A stretch of 64,000 bases of DNA from contig MWOO01000138.1 of the NCBI GenBank assembly GCA_002025945.1, positions 10,155 through 74,154 on the forward strand, given 5' to 3'. The stretch is from Prochlorococcus sp. HOT208_60m_813O14 (GTDB lineage Bacteria; Cyanobacteriota; Cyanobacteriia; PCC-6307; Cyanobiaceae). Both the position numbers and the translations under genes were made by a program. The notes beneath the pieces are model-generated. The model was given only the letters and a program-made list of their open reading frames with translations. It did not search any database and was not told where the DNA came from. Below, piece by piece: positions 1-10,488 of this stretch (its first letter is position 1; each line of letters begins with the position of its first letter).

Positions 1-414
1 ACTGGTATAAGCGGTTCTACAGATTTAATAAAAGTGGGTTTAGTAAGGAAGATTGTTTCAAGAGGAATTTCAATTGGGGAAATCGGTGTTACAGGTAAAG
101 CAAGAATAATAAAAAATAAACTTGATATATCCTTAATTTGTCCTGGAGAAATATTATTTGTTCCAGAGGAATTAATGATAAATATTCCCTTGAGTAAAAA
201 TATAGCGGGTATTGTTACCAACCAAAATGTAAATGATGTTTACGCTTTGTTTAATAAAAACAAAAAAAAGATATCCACAATTTGTAATTTAGAAAATTTA
301 GATAATCATCAAATTAGTAATGGCGACCTAATTACATTGCAGCTTAATGAAGGTGTTATATACATGGGACAAATTGATGATGATGATGCAATAGACAAAT
401 ATAAATATGTCTAG
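1..414 (+). CDS. pyk: Pyruvate kinase, C-terminal part (5' truncated by window edge)
   Basis: Frame is open from base 1 (TGISGSTDLIKVG...), matching the pyruvate kinase C-terminal GxTxxxKV motif, followed by a degenerate PEP-utiliser-like extension typical of cyanobacterial PykF. Confidence 0.8.
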   Translation, partial: TGISGSTDLIKVGLVRKIVSRGISIGEIGVTGKARIIKNKLDISLICPGEILFVPEELMINIPLSKNIAGIVTNQNVNDVYALFNKNKKKISTICNLENLDNHQISNGDLITLQLNEGVIYMGQIDDDDAIDKYKYV

Positions 415-1639
415 AAATATCTCAATAAAAGAAGCCTTAAGTATGGCTACAAAAACCTTAGTATCAAATAAATTGAGAAGTTCATTAACAATGCTTGGTA
501 TTATTATTGGAAACGCTTCAGTTATTACGCTTGTTGGGCTTGGAAGAGGTGCTCAAACTTTAGCAAAAAATCAATTAAGTAATTTAGGTGCGAATGTTTT
601 ATTCATTGTTCCTGGAAATAATGACACAAGAAGAAGAGGTATTTCATTTCCTAAAAACCTTGTTTTAGAAGATGCAATAGCAATAAGTAATCAAGTCCCA
701 ACAGTTAAAAAAGTTGCACCACAAATCTCTGCTAATGAAATAGTACAATCAAATTCCAAAAGTCTAAATATATCAATTGCGGGAGTTACTCCTGAATTTC
801 TTGAAGTAAGGAGCTTTGAAGTAGATAAAGGAAGATTTTTATCAAAAAGTGATGTTAATAGTGCAAGAAGTTATGTAGTGATAGGTCCTGATCTTAAAGA
901 CGAATTTTTCAATGACAAATCTTCATCACTAGGGGAAAAAATCAGAATTAAAGATCATACTTATGAAATTATTGGAATATTAAAACCAAAAGGTGCAGTA
1001 TTTGGAAGTAATCAAGACAAAAATGCTTATATTCCGTTAACAACTATGGTTAATAGGATCACTGGGAAAGATCCTACATATGGTGTAAGTTTAAGCTTTA
1101 TAAGTGTAGAGGCGATTAATAAAAATGCTACTAGTGCCGCAAAATTTCAAATTACTAACTTATTAAGGCAAAGACATAAAATAATAAGAGATGATGACTT
1201 CGCAGTTAGATCACAAGAAGATGCTTTGAATATCGTAACCAATATAACAAGCGGGTTAACTTTTTTATTGGCAGGTATTGGAGCAGTATCTTTAGTCGTT
1301 GGAGGCATAGGAATCATGAATATTATGCTCGTTTCTGTTAGCGAAAGAACTGAAGAGATTGGTCTTAGAAAAGCAATAGGAGCAAAACAGTCAGATATTT
1401 TAATTCAATTTTTAATTGAGGCATTGATTTTATCTACTATTGGAGGATTAATAGGAACAACAACTGGTTTATCAGGTGTTTTTCTTTTATCTCTGATAAC
1501 ACCTCTTCCTGCATCTGTAGGAATTACTACAACTATTTCCACGATGATCATTTCAGGATCAATAGGCTTAATCTTTGGCGTTTTACCCGCAAAAAGAGCT
1601 TCTAAATTAGATCCAATTGTTGCATTGAGAAGTTTATAA
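407..1639 (+). CDS. MacB/FtsX-family ABC transporter permease
   Basis: RSSLTMLGIIIG N-terminus, large periplasmic domain, GGIGIMNIMLVSVSERTEEIGLRKAIGA motif, C-terminal DPIVALR. Confidence 0.9.
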   Translation: MSRNISIKEALSMATKTLVSNKLRSSLTMLGIIIGNASVITLVGLGRGAQTLAKNQLSNLGANVLFIVPGNNDTRRRGISFPKNLVLEDAIAISNQVPTVKKVAPQISANEIVQSNSKSLNISIAGVTPEFLEVRSFEVDKGRFLSKSDVNSARSYVVIGPDLKDEFFNDKSSSLGEKIRIKDHTYEIIGILKPKGAVFGSNQDKNAYIPLTTMVNRITGKDPTYGVSLSFISVEAINKNATSAAKFQITNLLRQRHKIIRDDDFAVRSQEDALNIVTNITSGLTFLLAGIGAVSLVVGGIGIMNIMLVSVSERTEEIGLRKAIGAKQSDILIQFLIEALILSTIGGLIGTTTGLSGVFLLSLITPLPASVGITTTISTMIISGSIGLIFGVLPAKRASKLDPIVALRSL

Positions 1640-1654
1640 ATATAACTCATAATC

Positions 1655-2224
1655 ATGCTCAATTTTTATAAATCAATTGAGATACTTGTGAGTCTTCAAT
1701 TACTTGTAACAACAACAATGCTACCTGTTTATATTCCACTACAATTTATTGATAAATCTATTAATAGCTTTGAGATGCCAATTACATGGCAAATTCCAAC
1801 TGTAATTTTACTTACACTTATATTTCATAAAAAAATTGTTTTCAGAGCATTTTCTATATATATAATTTTGGGTTTATTTATATCTCCAATCTTTCATCAA
1901 GGAGGTTCAATAGGATATTTGCTAACACCAAATTTTGGATATTTATTAGGAGTATTTCCTCTAATTAAAATAATTGATAATTTGAATTCTATAAATAAAA
2001 TAAATATTGCCAACTTTTTAAAAAAAGGATTTATAGCGATAAGTGCTATGCATCTAACTGGAATAATTTACAACTTTTTACAAATTATATTTTACAGAGA
2101 ATTTAATATATTTTTGTATAATTTGGGAAAATACTCTATAGGTAAAATTGGTTATCATTTTTTAATGCTTTTACCACTATTATTACTTATTGAACCTATA
2201 GAACGTTTAAAACGTAGCAAATAA
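1655..2224 (+). CDS. bioY: BioY-family biotin transporter
   Basis: PITWQ and GGSIGYLLTPNFGYLLG motifs; hydrophobic; adjacent to lspA as in cyanobacteria. Confidence 0.75.
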   Translation: MLNFYKSIEILVSLQLLVTTTMLPVYIPLQFIDKSINSFEMPITWQIPTVILLTLIFHKKIVFRAFSIYIILGLFISPIFHQGGSIGYLLTPNFGYLLGVFPLIKIIDNLNSINKINIANFLKKGFIAISAMHLTGIIYNFLQIIFYREFNIFLYNLGKYSIGKIGYHFLMLLPLLLLIEPIERLKRSK

Positions 2225-2682
2225 TGATTGATAAAATACAAACAAAATTATATTTTTTATCTTTAAGTATTTTTATTGTTCTACTAGATCAATTTACCAA
2301 ACATTTAATGTTTCATAATAATAAAAAATTTATTAATAAAGATTTTCTTTTATTCAAATTAGACTTTGTAAAAAATTACGGGGCAGCATTTAACATATTT
2401 AGTGGTAGTAGAATTTTTTTATCTTTAATAAGTATTTTTTTTTCAATATTACTTATTTTTTTGATATTCAGGAAGAATACTTTAAACTCATTCGATCTAT
2501 ATTCTTACAGCTTTATTCTTGGGGGAACTATTGGTAATGGTATAGATAGGATATATAAAGGTTTTGTAGTTGATTTTATAAACTTAAATATTATAAATTT
2601 TCCAGTATTTAATATTGCTGATATATCTATTAATATTGGATTTATTTTTTTACTGTATAACATTTTTAAAAATAATCGATAA
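2224..2682 (+). CDS. lspA: Lipoprotein signal peptidase II
   Basis: DQFTK, NYGAAF, GNGIDR, VVDFI and FPVFNIAD motifs. Confidence 0.95.
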   Translation: MIDKIQTKLYFLSLSIFIVLLDQFTKHLMFHNNKKFINKDFLLFKLDFVKNYGAAFNIFSGSRIFLSLISIFFSILLIFLIFRKNTLNSFDLYSYSFILGGTIGNGIDRIYKGFVVDFINLNIINFPVFNIADISINIGFIFLLYNIFKNNR

Positions 2683-2683
2683 A

Positions 2684-4183
2684 ATGAATTACTTGAAATT
2701 AAAGTATATTAAGTATCTGATATTGATATTATTTTTATATATTTTATTTTCCATATTTGTAAGAATAATAAATCTTTATACCCTTTTATTTTTAATAATA
2801 ATTATTTATACTTTTTACAATATTGATAGCAAATTATTTAAAAAAATAGTTTATAAAGTTTTATATAAAAACAAAAAAAATACCCTTTCATTCAAAAATA
2901 CATATGGAGCTGCCAAGATAAGTTTGGAGGGGGTCGAGAAAATTAATAAAAAAATTAACGATAAAGTAAAAGTTGAATTGTTAAATTACCAAAAAAATAA
3001 ACTAGAGTCCCAATTAAAGACCGGAGATTATAAAGTTACTCTTTTTGGAGCAGGTTCCTCAGGAAAAACATCTATAGCAAGATCTTTATTGAAAAATATT
3101 GTCGGAAAAACTTCAGCAAAAATAGGTACAACAAAGCAAATAAATAGCTATAAAATTTGTATCCCAATCTTAAAAAGAAACATTAATATAGTTGATACAC
3201 CTGGTTTGTTCGAACCATCTAAATTAGGAGAAGAAAGAGAAAAAGAAACAATTATACAAGCATCAAATTCTGACTTAATTCTTTTTGTGTTAGATCACGA
3301 CATAAATAAATACGAAAACTATTTAATTAAAGAATTATTAAAATTAAGGAAAAAAATAATAATAGTTCTAAATAAATGTGATTTGAGATCTAGAGAAGAA
3401 AATAACCTCATCAAAGAAAATATAATTTCTATAACCTCCTCTAGAAAAAATAAAATTTCTGTTGTTCAAACAATTGCAGTCCCAAAACAATCTCCCTATA
3501 TAAAATCAGATTCTTTAAATTTAGTTCCAGAGGTTGGAAGTTTATTTAGAGAAATAATTGAAACGCTCGATAATAATGGTGAAGAGTTATTGGCGGATAA
3601 TATTCTTTTTCGCTCAAATAAGTTAGGTATTAAAAGTAAAAGTTTCGTACAAGAACAAAGATATTTAATATCAAATAAAGTGATTAATAAATATATGTGG
3701 ATAACAGGAGGAGTAATACTAGTTAATCCACTACCCGCTGTTGATTTCCTTACTACTACCTCCGTAAACCTTCAAATGATAATGGAATTATCAAAAATAT
3801 ATGAAATAAAGCTAACAAAAAAGGATGCAAAAGATTTGGCGACTTCATTGCTAAGCGCCTTGGCTAAACAAGGAATATTAAAAGGGGGGCTCGCTATTCT
3901 TTCTCCTGCTTTAGCTACAAGCTTGACAAAAATAATATTATCTAAATCTATACAATCAGTTATAGCAGGCTGGTTAATAAGAATAGTAGGACTAAGTTTG
4001 ATTGAATATTTTAAAAATGGGCAAGATTGGGGAGATGGAGGAATTCAAGAAGTAGTAGATAAGATCTATAGAATAAGTAAGAGGGAAGATATTTTAAATA
4101 ACTTCGTAAAAGAAGCTATTTCAAAAATTGAAATGAAAAAATATTTTAAATCAAATAAAAGTTTGCCTCCATTTACTAATTAA
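2684..4183 (+). CDS. Membrane-anchored Era-like GTPase with C-terminal DUF697 (YcjF-like) domain
   Basis: G1 GAGSSGKTS, G3 DTPG, G4 NKCD; NPLPAVD and DWGDGG motifs; ATG at 2684 preferred over the longer ORF start that overlaps lspA. Confidence 0.85.
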   Translation: MNYLKLKYIKYLILILFLYILFSIFVRIINLYTLLFLIIIIYTFYNIDSKLFKKIVYKVLYKNKKNTLSFKNTYGAAKISLEGVEKINKKINDKVKVELLNYQKNKLESQLKTGDYKVTLFGAGSSGKTSIARSLLKNIVGKTSAKIGTTKQINSYKICIPILKRNINIVDTPGLFEPSKLGEEREKETIIQASNSDLILFVLDHDINKYENYLIKELLKLRKKIIIVLNKCDLRSREENNLIKENIISITSSRKNKISVVQTIAVPKQSPYIKSDSLNLVPEVGSLFREIIETLDNNGEELLADNILFRSNKLGIKSKSFVQEQRYLISNKVINKYMWITGGVILVNPLPAVDFLTTTSVNLQMIMELSKIYEIKLTKKDAKDLATSLLSALAKQGILKGGLAILSPALATSLTKIILSKSIQSVIAGWLIRIVGLSLIEYFKNGQDWGDGGIQEVVDKIYRISKREDILNNFVKEAISKIEMKKYFKSNKSLPPFTN

Positions 4184-4307
4184 AATTGGATAATTGATCA
4201 TTTAGATAAGTTCTGAAATCAAAGATAGTTATTAAGAGTAAATAAGCAATACAAATAGCTATAGAGATAAACCCTGTTAATATTGCAATAATTTTTGGTC
4301 TACCCAT
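4176..4307 (-). CDS. Small single-pass membrane protein, 43 aa (MGRPKIIAILTGFISIAICIAYLLLITIFDFRTYLNDQLSNFN)
   Basis: Hand-translated, absent from ORF track; ATG 10 nt after the decarboxylase stop, fills the gap exactly; resembles a recalled conserved cyanobacterial KIIA..TG..S....AYLLL...DFR family. Confidence 0.7.
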   Translation of the reverse strand: MGRPKIIAILTGFISIAICIAYLLLITIFDFRTYLNDQLSNFN

Positions 4308-4317
4308 AATTCATTAG

Positions 4318-5703
4318 TTAAGGATCTAAAAGTCTCAAAAGTTCTTTAATATGAGATTCTTTTGTATTGTAATTTCCCATGACAACCCGTAAAAAATATT
4401 TACCTTTAAATTTTGGTCTAGAAAGCATAAAATTATTGTTAATTAGTTCATTAACTTTAGTTTGAGTCCAGGCATCAGAGTCTTTTGGCTCAAGTTTCTT
4501 TGGCAAGAATGAAACTATATGAAGAGGACCTGAATATATATCAAATTTATTTTTACTAATATTTTTTATAAAAAAATCTTTTCTTTTAATTGATGATTTT
4601 AATACATTTTCTATTCCTTTTAGCCCTAAAAAACGTAACCCAAGCCAAAGTTTTATAACCTCTGCAGGTCTAGAACCTTGTATGCCTATTTCACCTCTAT
4701 TTATAATTTTTTTGTTAGATGATATATATGGTAGTCCAGTATTAAAAGAATTTTCTAAAGTACTTATATTTGAAACCAATAACAAAGATGAAGTCTTTGT
4801 AACGCCAATGATTTTTTGTGGATTTATCGTTATCGAATTAGCTTGATTAATATTATTTAGACCTTCTATTGGAATAGAAGTTATAGCAAAAATCCCTCCA
4901 ATTGAACCATCAATATGTAACCATATTTTTCTTTGTTTACAGATTTCACTTATTTCTTTAATAGGGTCAATGGCTCCTCTTACAGTTGTTCCAAGGGTGG
5001 CAACAATAGCAAAAATTTTTTTATTTTCAAATGAACATTTTTCTAAAGACTTTTTGAGATAGTTTATGTCCATTCGACCTTTATTATCAGTTTTAATTCT
5101 GACAAGATTCGTACTATCAAGACCCATTACTCTTATGCATTTAATGAAGGAAGAATGAGCATCTTCACTAACAAGTAATACAGAATTAGGATTTGAACCT
5201 AATCCAGCATTATTTCTAGCTGCTATAAGTGCATTCAGATTACTTAATGTACCTCCGCTAGCAGCTATACCTCCTGAGAAATCATTAAACCCTATTTTCT
5301 TAGCAAACCATTTGCATAACGATTCCTCAAGCAAAGTCACACTTGGTGATAACTCGTAGGCGAGAAGATTATTATTTAAACCAGCAGCAATTAAATCTCC
5401 CAAAATAGAAAAAATCAAAGGTGGGGGATCGAGGTGAGCTAGTGAGCCAGGATGAACGGGATTAAATGAATTATTCAAAAGAGATTCAATCTCACAAAAC
5501 AATTCTTCTTCAGAGTTACCATCTTCCGCAGGCATAATGCACTTGAAACTTTCATCAAATGGTAAAGGACCATTTTTATCAGCTTTAGAGAACCATTCAC
5601 AGAGAGTTTGACTTGCTCTATTTAGAAGAGAAATCAATTTGTCATTAGTCCCTAAATATGAGGGGAAATATATATCTTTATTATTAATTAAATCTTCAGC
5701 CAT
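4318..5703 (-). CDS. Group II PLP-dependent decarboxylase (substrate unknown)
   Basis: GGTLSNL, AHSS, ATLGTT..GAIDPI, WLHIDG and PLP-lysine motif INPQK. Confidence 0.85.
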   Translation of the reverse strand: MAEDLINNKDIYFPSYLGTNDKLISLLNRASQTLCEWFSKADKNGPLPFDESFKCIMPAEDGNSEEELFCEIESLLNNSFNPVHPGSLAHLDPPPLIFSILGDLIAAGLNNNLLAYELSPSVTLLEESLCKWFAKKIGFNDFSGGIAASGGTLSNLNALIAARNNAGLGSNPNSVLLVSEDAHSSFIKCIRVMGLDSTNLVRIKTDNKGRMDINYLKKSLEKCSFENKKIFAIVATLGTTVRGAIDPIKEISEICKQRKIWLHIDGSIGGIFAITSIPIEGLNNINQANSITINPQKIIGVTKTSSLLLVSNISTLENSFNTGLPYISSNKKIINRGEIGIQGSRPAEVIKLWLGLRFLGLKGIENVLKSSIKRKDFFIKNISKNKFDIYSGPLHIVSFLPKKLEPKDSDAWTQTKVNELINNNFMLSRPKFKGKYFLRVVMGNYNTKESHIKELLRLLDP

Positions 5704-5746
5704 CAGATAAGATATCTATTAATAATTGTATTCTCAATATTGATAA

Positions 5747-6259
5747 ATGAAATATATTTTTGAAAATGGAAATAGTAAAGATCAACAAAAAAAAACAAAT
5801 AATTCAAAATACACTTTGTGGATGAATTCGATATTAAGAAGATCCAAAGAAATTGGAAAAGTTGAACTACCAATCTGTTCAATAATTTTAGACGAAAGAG
5901 GAAGATGTATAGGAAGAGGGGTGAACAAGAGGAATATAAATAAAGACCCATTAGGTCATGCCGAGATAATGGCACTCAGACAGGCATCTCTAATTAAAAA
6001 TGATTGGAGGTTTAATGAATGTACTATTATCACAAATTTAGAACCTTGTACTATGTGTTCCTCAGCTCTTATTCAAGCACGTATGGGTAAAGTTATTTTC
6101 GGGGCTTACGATAAGAAAAGAGGTGGATTGGGTGGCTCTATTGATCTATCAATACATGAAAGTGCTCATCACAAAATGGAAATAATTGGAGGTATCCTAG
6201 AAGATGAATGTAGTCAAACTCTACAGATTTGGTTTAAAAAGTTGAGGACTCAAAAATAG
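5747..6259 (+). CDS. tadA: tRNA-specific adenosine deaminase
   Basis: HAE and LEPCTMC zinc-deaminase motifs. Confidence 0.85.
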   Translation: MKYIFENGNSKDQQKKTNNSKYTLWMNSILRRSKEIGKVELPICSIILDERGRCIGRGVNKRNINKDPLGHAEIMALRQASLIKNDWRFNECTIITNLEPCTMCSSALIQARMGKVIFGAYDKKRGGLGGSIDLSIHESAHHKMEIIGGILEDECSQTLQIWFKKLRTQK

Positions 6260-7418
6260 TAAATTTCTTTAGCTCAGTATCAAATAGGTTTAATAATCTG
6301 TCAACATTCTCCTCACATGAATTGAAGCCCATCAGCCCTACACGCCACACCTTACCGGATAATTCTCCAAGTCCATTTCCTATTTCTATTCCAAAGTTTC
6401 TTAAGAGATGATTTCTAAAACCATCTCCATCAACTGCTGGAGGTATTTTAACTGTGGTTAAAGTTGGCAATCTATAATCCTCTGGTACATGTAATTCCAT
6501 TCCAAGTCTTTCTAAACCATTCCATAGTTTCTTTGCATTAGTATTATGTCTATTCCAAACATTTTCTAAACCCTCATTCGCAATTAACCGTAAACCTTCA
6601 CGAATAGCAAAATTCATATTTACTGGCGCAGTATGATGGTAAACACGATCAGATCCCCAATATTTATTTAATAAAGATAAATCTAAATACCAGTTAGGGA
6701 CTTTTGTTTTTCTTGAACTTAGTTTTTCTTCAGCTCTTTTATTCATTGTAAAAGGGCTTAATCCTGGGGGACAACTTAATCCCTTTTGACTACAACTGTA
6801 TGCTAGATCAATTTTCCATTCGTCTATCAATAGTTCTAAAGCGCCGAGTGAAGTAACTGCATCAACTAAAAATAAGCAGTTATTTTTTCTACAAATATCT
6901 CCAATACCATCAAGAGGTTGTAAAACTCCACTTGATGTTTCAGCATGGACAATAGCAAAGATTGCTGGTTTTTTAGTTTCTATTTCATACTTGATTTCTT
7001 CATAAGAAAAGGATTCACCCCAAGGTTTTTCAATAACAGATACATCTGCTTTATATCTTGTTGCCATATCAACAAGTCTGTCTCCAAAATATCCTTTTTT
7101 AGCGATAAGAATTTTTTCTCCTTCCTCTATAAAATTAGCTATCGAAGCTTCCATAGCTGCACTTCCAGTACCACTCATTGGAAGAGTAAGACGATTATTA
7201 CATTGCCAGGTATATCTTAGAAGTTGTTGAACATCAGACATTAATGAAATATATGCTTCATCTAAGTGACCAATAGGATTCAAAGAAAGAGCGCTTAAGA
7301 CTTCTGGATGAGCGTTTGAAGGACCAGGACCTAATAAAAGTCTAGAGGGAACATAAGTCTTCGAGAAATGAGATAAATTCTCTTCATTTAAAGCCGAAAT
7401 AAGTTTTGCTTCTGTCAA
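6234..7418 (-). CDS. spt: Alanine/serine-glyoxylate aminotransferase (class V)
   Basis: LLLGPGPSN, VHAETSSG, VDAVTS, SQKGLSCPPG and YHHTAP motifs. Confidence 0.9.
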   Translation of the reverse strand: MTEAKLISALNEENLSHFSKTYVPSRLLLGPGPSNAHPEVLSALSLNPIGHLDEAYISLMSDVQQLLRYTWQCNNRLTLPMSGTGSAAMEASIANFIEEGEKILIAKKGYFGDRLVDMATRYKADVSVIEKPWGESFSYEEIKYEIETKKPAIFAIVHAETSSGVLQPLDGIGDICRKNNCLFLVDAVTSLGALELLIDEWKIDLAYSCSQKGLSCPPGLSPFTMNKRAEEKLSSRKTKVPNWYLDLSLLNKYWGSDRVYHHTAPVNMNFAIREGLRLIANEGLENVWNRHNTNAKKLWNGLERLGMELHVPEDYRLPTLTTVKIPPAVDGDGFRNHLLRNFGIEIGNGLGELSGKVWRVGLMGFNSCEENVDRLLNLFDTELKKFTIFESSTF

Positions 7419-7568
7419 AGCATTACATTCAATTACTCTTAAATTAAACTAATATCGACATATAAGCGATATTTATTTAAAGAAATTAATTCAATTTAAA
7501 TATTTAGGTAAACAATTATTAAACTTATGACTTGAAACACTAAAAGAAGACATCAATTCTTAAAAAAA

Positions 7569-7610
7569 GTTACCATTGATACATAACAAGAATCATCAAG
7601 TTATTAATTT
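7569..7610 (+). promoter_or_regulatory. NtcA-activated promoter of glnA
   Basis: GTT-ACCATTGA-TAC (7569-7582), a 22-nt spacer, then TAATTT (TA-N3-T) at 7605-7610; canonical class II NtcA geometry. Confidence 0.8.
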
Positions 7611-7631
7611 CATATAAGGTATCACAAAATT

Positions 7632-9053
7632 ATGTCTAAATCTCCTCAAGATGTTTTAAGTCAAATTAAAGACGAAGGAATTGAACTCATCGATTTAAAA
7701 TTTACTGATATTCATGGAAAATGGCAACATTTGACTCTTACATCAGACATGATAGAGGAGGATTCTTTTACAGAAGGTTTGGCATTTGATGGCTCATCAA
7801 TAAGAGGTTGGAAAGCAATTAATGCCTCGGATATGTCAATGGTGCCCGACGCAAGTACAGCTTGGATAGATCCTTTTTATAAACATAAAACTCTAAGTAT
7901 GATTTGCTCTATTCAAGAGCCAAGAAGCGGGGATCCTTATGATAGGTGTCCAAGAGCATTAGCTCAAAAGGCATTAAAATATTTAGACTCGACTGGTATA
8001 GCAGATACTGCATTTTTTGGACCAGAACCAGAATTCTTTTTATTCGATGATGTTAGATATGACTCTAAAGAGGGAGGTTGTTTTTATAGTGTAGATACTA
8101 TTGAAGCGCCATGGAATACAGGGAGAATTGAAGAAGGTGGAAACTTAGGATACAAAATACAATATAAAGAAGGTTATTTTCCAGTAGCTCCAAATGATAC
8201 AGCGCAAGATATAAGATCTGAGATGCTTCTTCTTATGGGTGAATTAGGTATTCCTACAGAAAAACATCACCATGAAGTTGCTGGTGCAGGTCAACATGAG
8301 CTTGGAATGAAATTTGATTCGTTAATAAATGCTGCTGATAACGTTATGACTTATAAATACGTTGTCAGAAATGTTGCAAAAAAATATGGAAAAACAGCAA
8401 CATTTATGCCCAAGCCTGTTTTTAACGACAATGGAACTGGAATGCATGTACACCAAAGTTTATGGAAGAGTGGACAGCCGCTATTCTTTGGTGAAGGATC
8501 ATATGCAAATTTATCTCAAACAGCAAGATGGTATATCGGAGGCATACTTAAACATGCACCTTCATTCCTAGCATTTACTAACCCAACTACAAATAGTTAT
8601 AAACGATTGGTTCCAGGATTCGAAGCACCCGTAAATCTAGTTTATTCTGAGGGTAACAGATCAGCAGCGGTAAGAATACCTTTAACAGGTCCAAGCCCTA
8701 AAGCTAAAAGATTAGAATTCAGATCAGGTGATGCACTTGCAAATCCTTACTTAGCATTTTCTGTAATGATGCTTGCTGGTATTGATGGAATTAAAAATCA
8801 AATTGATCCTGGTGATGGAGTAGATGTAGATTTATTTGAACTTCCAGCTGATGAACTTGCAAAAATTGATACAGTACCTTCATCTCTAAATGACTCACTT
8901 AACGCCCTAAAAGCAGATAAGGATTATTTATTAGCTGGTGGAGTATTTACTGAAGATTTTATTGATAACTTTATCGATATAAAATATGAAGAGGTACAAC
9001 AACTAAGACAAAGACCTCATCCCCATGAATTCTTCATGTATTACGATGCATAA
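7632..9053 (+). CDS. glnA: Glutamine synthetase type I
   Basis: [33 protein letters not shown] and [13 protein letters not shown] motifs. Confidence 0.99.
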   Translation: MSKSPQDVLSQIKDEGIELIDLKFTDIHGKWQHLTLTSDMIEEDSFTEGLAFDGSSIRGWKAINASDMSMVPDASTAWIDPFYKHKTLSMICSIQEPRSGDPYDRCPRALAQKALKYLDSTGIADTAFFGPEPEFFLFDDVRYDSKEGGCFYSVDTIEAPWNTGRIEEGGNLGYKIQYKEGYFPVAPNDTAQDIRSEMLLLMGELGIPTEKHHHEVAGAGQHELGMKFDSLINAADNVMTYKYVVRNVAKKYGKTATFMPKPVFNDNGTGMHVHQSLWKSGQPLFFGEGSYANLSQTARWYIGGILKHAPSFLAFTNPTTNSYKRLVPGFEAPVNLVYSEGNRSAAVRIPLTGPSPKAKRLEFRSGDALANPYLAFSVMMLAGIDGIKNQIDPGDGVDVDLFELPADELAKIDTVPSSLNDSLNALKADKDYLLAGGVFTEDFIDNFIDIKYEEVQQLRQRPHPHEFFMYYDA

Positions 9054-9078
9054 TTAAAAGAACTAATTAGTTTAAATT

Positions 9079-9127
9079 AATCAATTTGAGAAATATCACA
9101 AAATATTCTCAAATTGATTTTTTTTTT
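9079..9127 (+). terminator. Intrinsic terminator after glnA
   Basis: 14-bp stem AATCAATTTGAGAA (9079-9092) / TTCTCAAATTGATT (9106-9119) followed by a T-run. Confidence 0.7.
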
Positions 9128-9155
9128 GTTGGAATATATATATATAAATTGAAAA

Positions 9156-10211
9156 ATGGCTAGAGAATCTATTTCAAAAATTGCATATAAAACTCTACAA
9201 CAAAGCAAAAGCATTGCAGGTTTCGCTCACAAGCAGATAAGTTCAAGATTAATGAATTTTATTCTTCCCGATTCAAATCTTGAAAGTTTTGATATAAATA
9301 AGGATCTTCTAATACAAATCCAAAATTCAATGGATATCTTAAGAGAAGAAGATTGGAATGATGCAGAAAAAAATTTATATCCAAAAAAATTATTGTTTGA
9401 CGAACCATGGCTTAGATATCTAACTCAATATCCTAAAATTTGGCTCGATATGCCTAATACATGGGATAGACGAAGAAAACAAAACTTTGATGATCTTCCA
9501 AAATCAATTAATAAAGATAATTATCCTCAATATTACTTAAGAAATTTTCATCATCAAACAGATGGTTATTTATCAGATTTTTCAGCTAGTATTTATGACC
9601 TACAAGTAGAAATACTTTTCAATGGAACTGCTGACTCTATGAGGAGAAGAATAATTAAGCCAATAAAAGAAGGACTTGAAATGTTTAGCGATAGAAAAAA
9701 AAGTTCTATAAGAATACTTGATGTGGCTACAGGATCAGGAAGAACATTAAAACAATTAAGAGCAGCATTTCCTAATGAAAAAATTACAGGAATTGATTTA
9801 TCTGATTCATACTTAAAAGAGGCAAGTAGATATATTTCAGATTTAGATGGAGATTTAATTCAGTTAATAAAAGGTAATGCTGAGGAATTACCTTTTGAAA
9901 ATGATAGTTTTCAATGCATTTCTTGTGTTTACTTATTTCATGAATTACCTAGAACAATTAGAGCTAAAGTATTAAATGAATTTTTTAGAGTTCTTGAACC
10001 GGGGGGGATTTTAGTATTAGCAGATTCGATTCAAATAAGTGATTCTCCTGACTTTATATCAGTTATGGAGAGCTTTTATAAATCTTTTCATGAGCCTTTT
10101 TATTGTGATTATATAAAAGAAGATATAGATTCTAAAATTGAGGAAGTAGGATTTAAAGATGTAAAATCAAATTCCTTTTTTATGACCAAAGTATGGTCTG
10201 CTGTAAAGTAA
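9156..10211 (+). CDS. Class I SAM-dependent methyltransferase
   Basis: ILDVATGSGR motif I, GIDLS, GNAEELPF, YLFHELP. Confidence 0.9.
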   Translation: MARESISKIAYKTLQQSKSIAGFAHKQISSRLMNFILPDSNLESFDINKDLLIQIQNSMDILREEDWNDAEKNLYPKKLLFDEPWLRYLTQYPKIWLDMPNTWDRRRKQNFDDLPKSINKDNYPQYYLRNFHHQTDGYLSDFSASIYDLQVEILFNGTADSMRRRIIKPIKEGLEMFSDRKKSSIRILDVATGSGRTLKQLRAAFPNEKITGIDLSDSYLKEASRYISDLDGDLIQLIKGNAEELPFENDSFQCISCVYLFHELPRTIRAKVLNEFFRVLEPGGILVLADSIQISDSPDFISVMESFYKSFHEPFYCDYIKEDIDSKIEEVGFKDVKSNSFFMTKVWSAVK

Positions 10212-10224
10212 GTTAAAAACTTCT

Positions 10225-10488
10225 ATGAGCTATTGGGATAAAGACACTATTAAACTTGTTCAAAGTCTTAATGAAAAATTAAAAATTGATCATTTTAAAT
10301 GGCATAAAGATAAGGGTAATAAATATAAACGATCTGCAGAATTAATTTCTGCGGCATTATGCCAATTAATTATTTCTTGTAATGAGAAGGAAACTATTGA
10401 GTATATTGAAGAAAGTATTAAGTGGTTAAAAGAAATTAACGTAGATAAGCCTTGCCCCAGTAAAAATCACCTTTTTAAAGCCAACTGA
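10225..10488 (+). CDS. Conserved cyanobacterial hypothetical protein (DUF6439-like)
   Basis: 87-aa ORF with WH..K, R.AE and C-terminal PCP pattern. Confidence 0.6.
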   Translation: MSYWDKDTIKLVQSLNEKLKIDHFKWHKDKGNKYKRSAELISAALCQLIISCNEKETIEYIEESIKWLKEINVDKPCPSKNHLFKAN

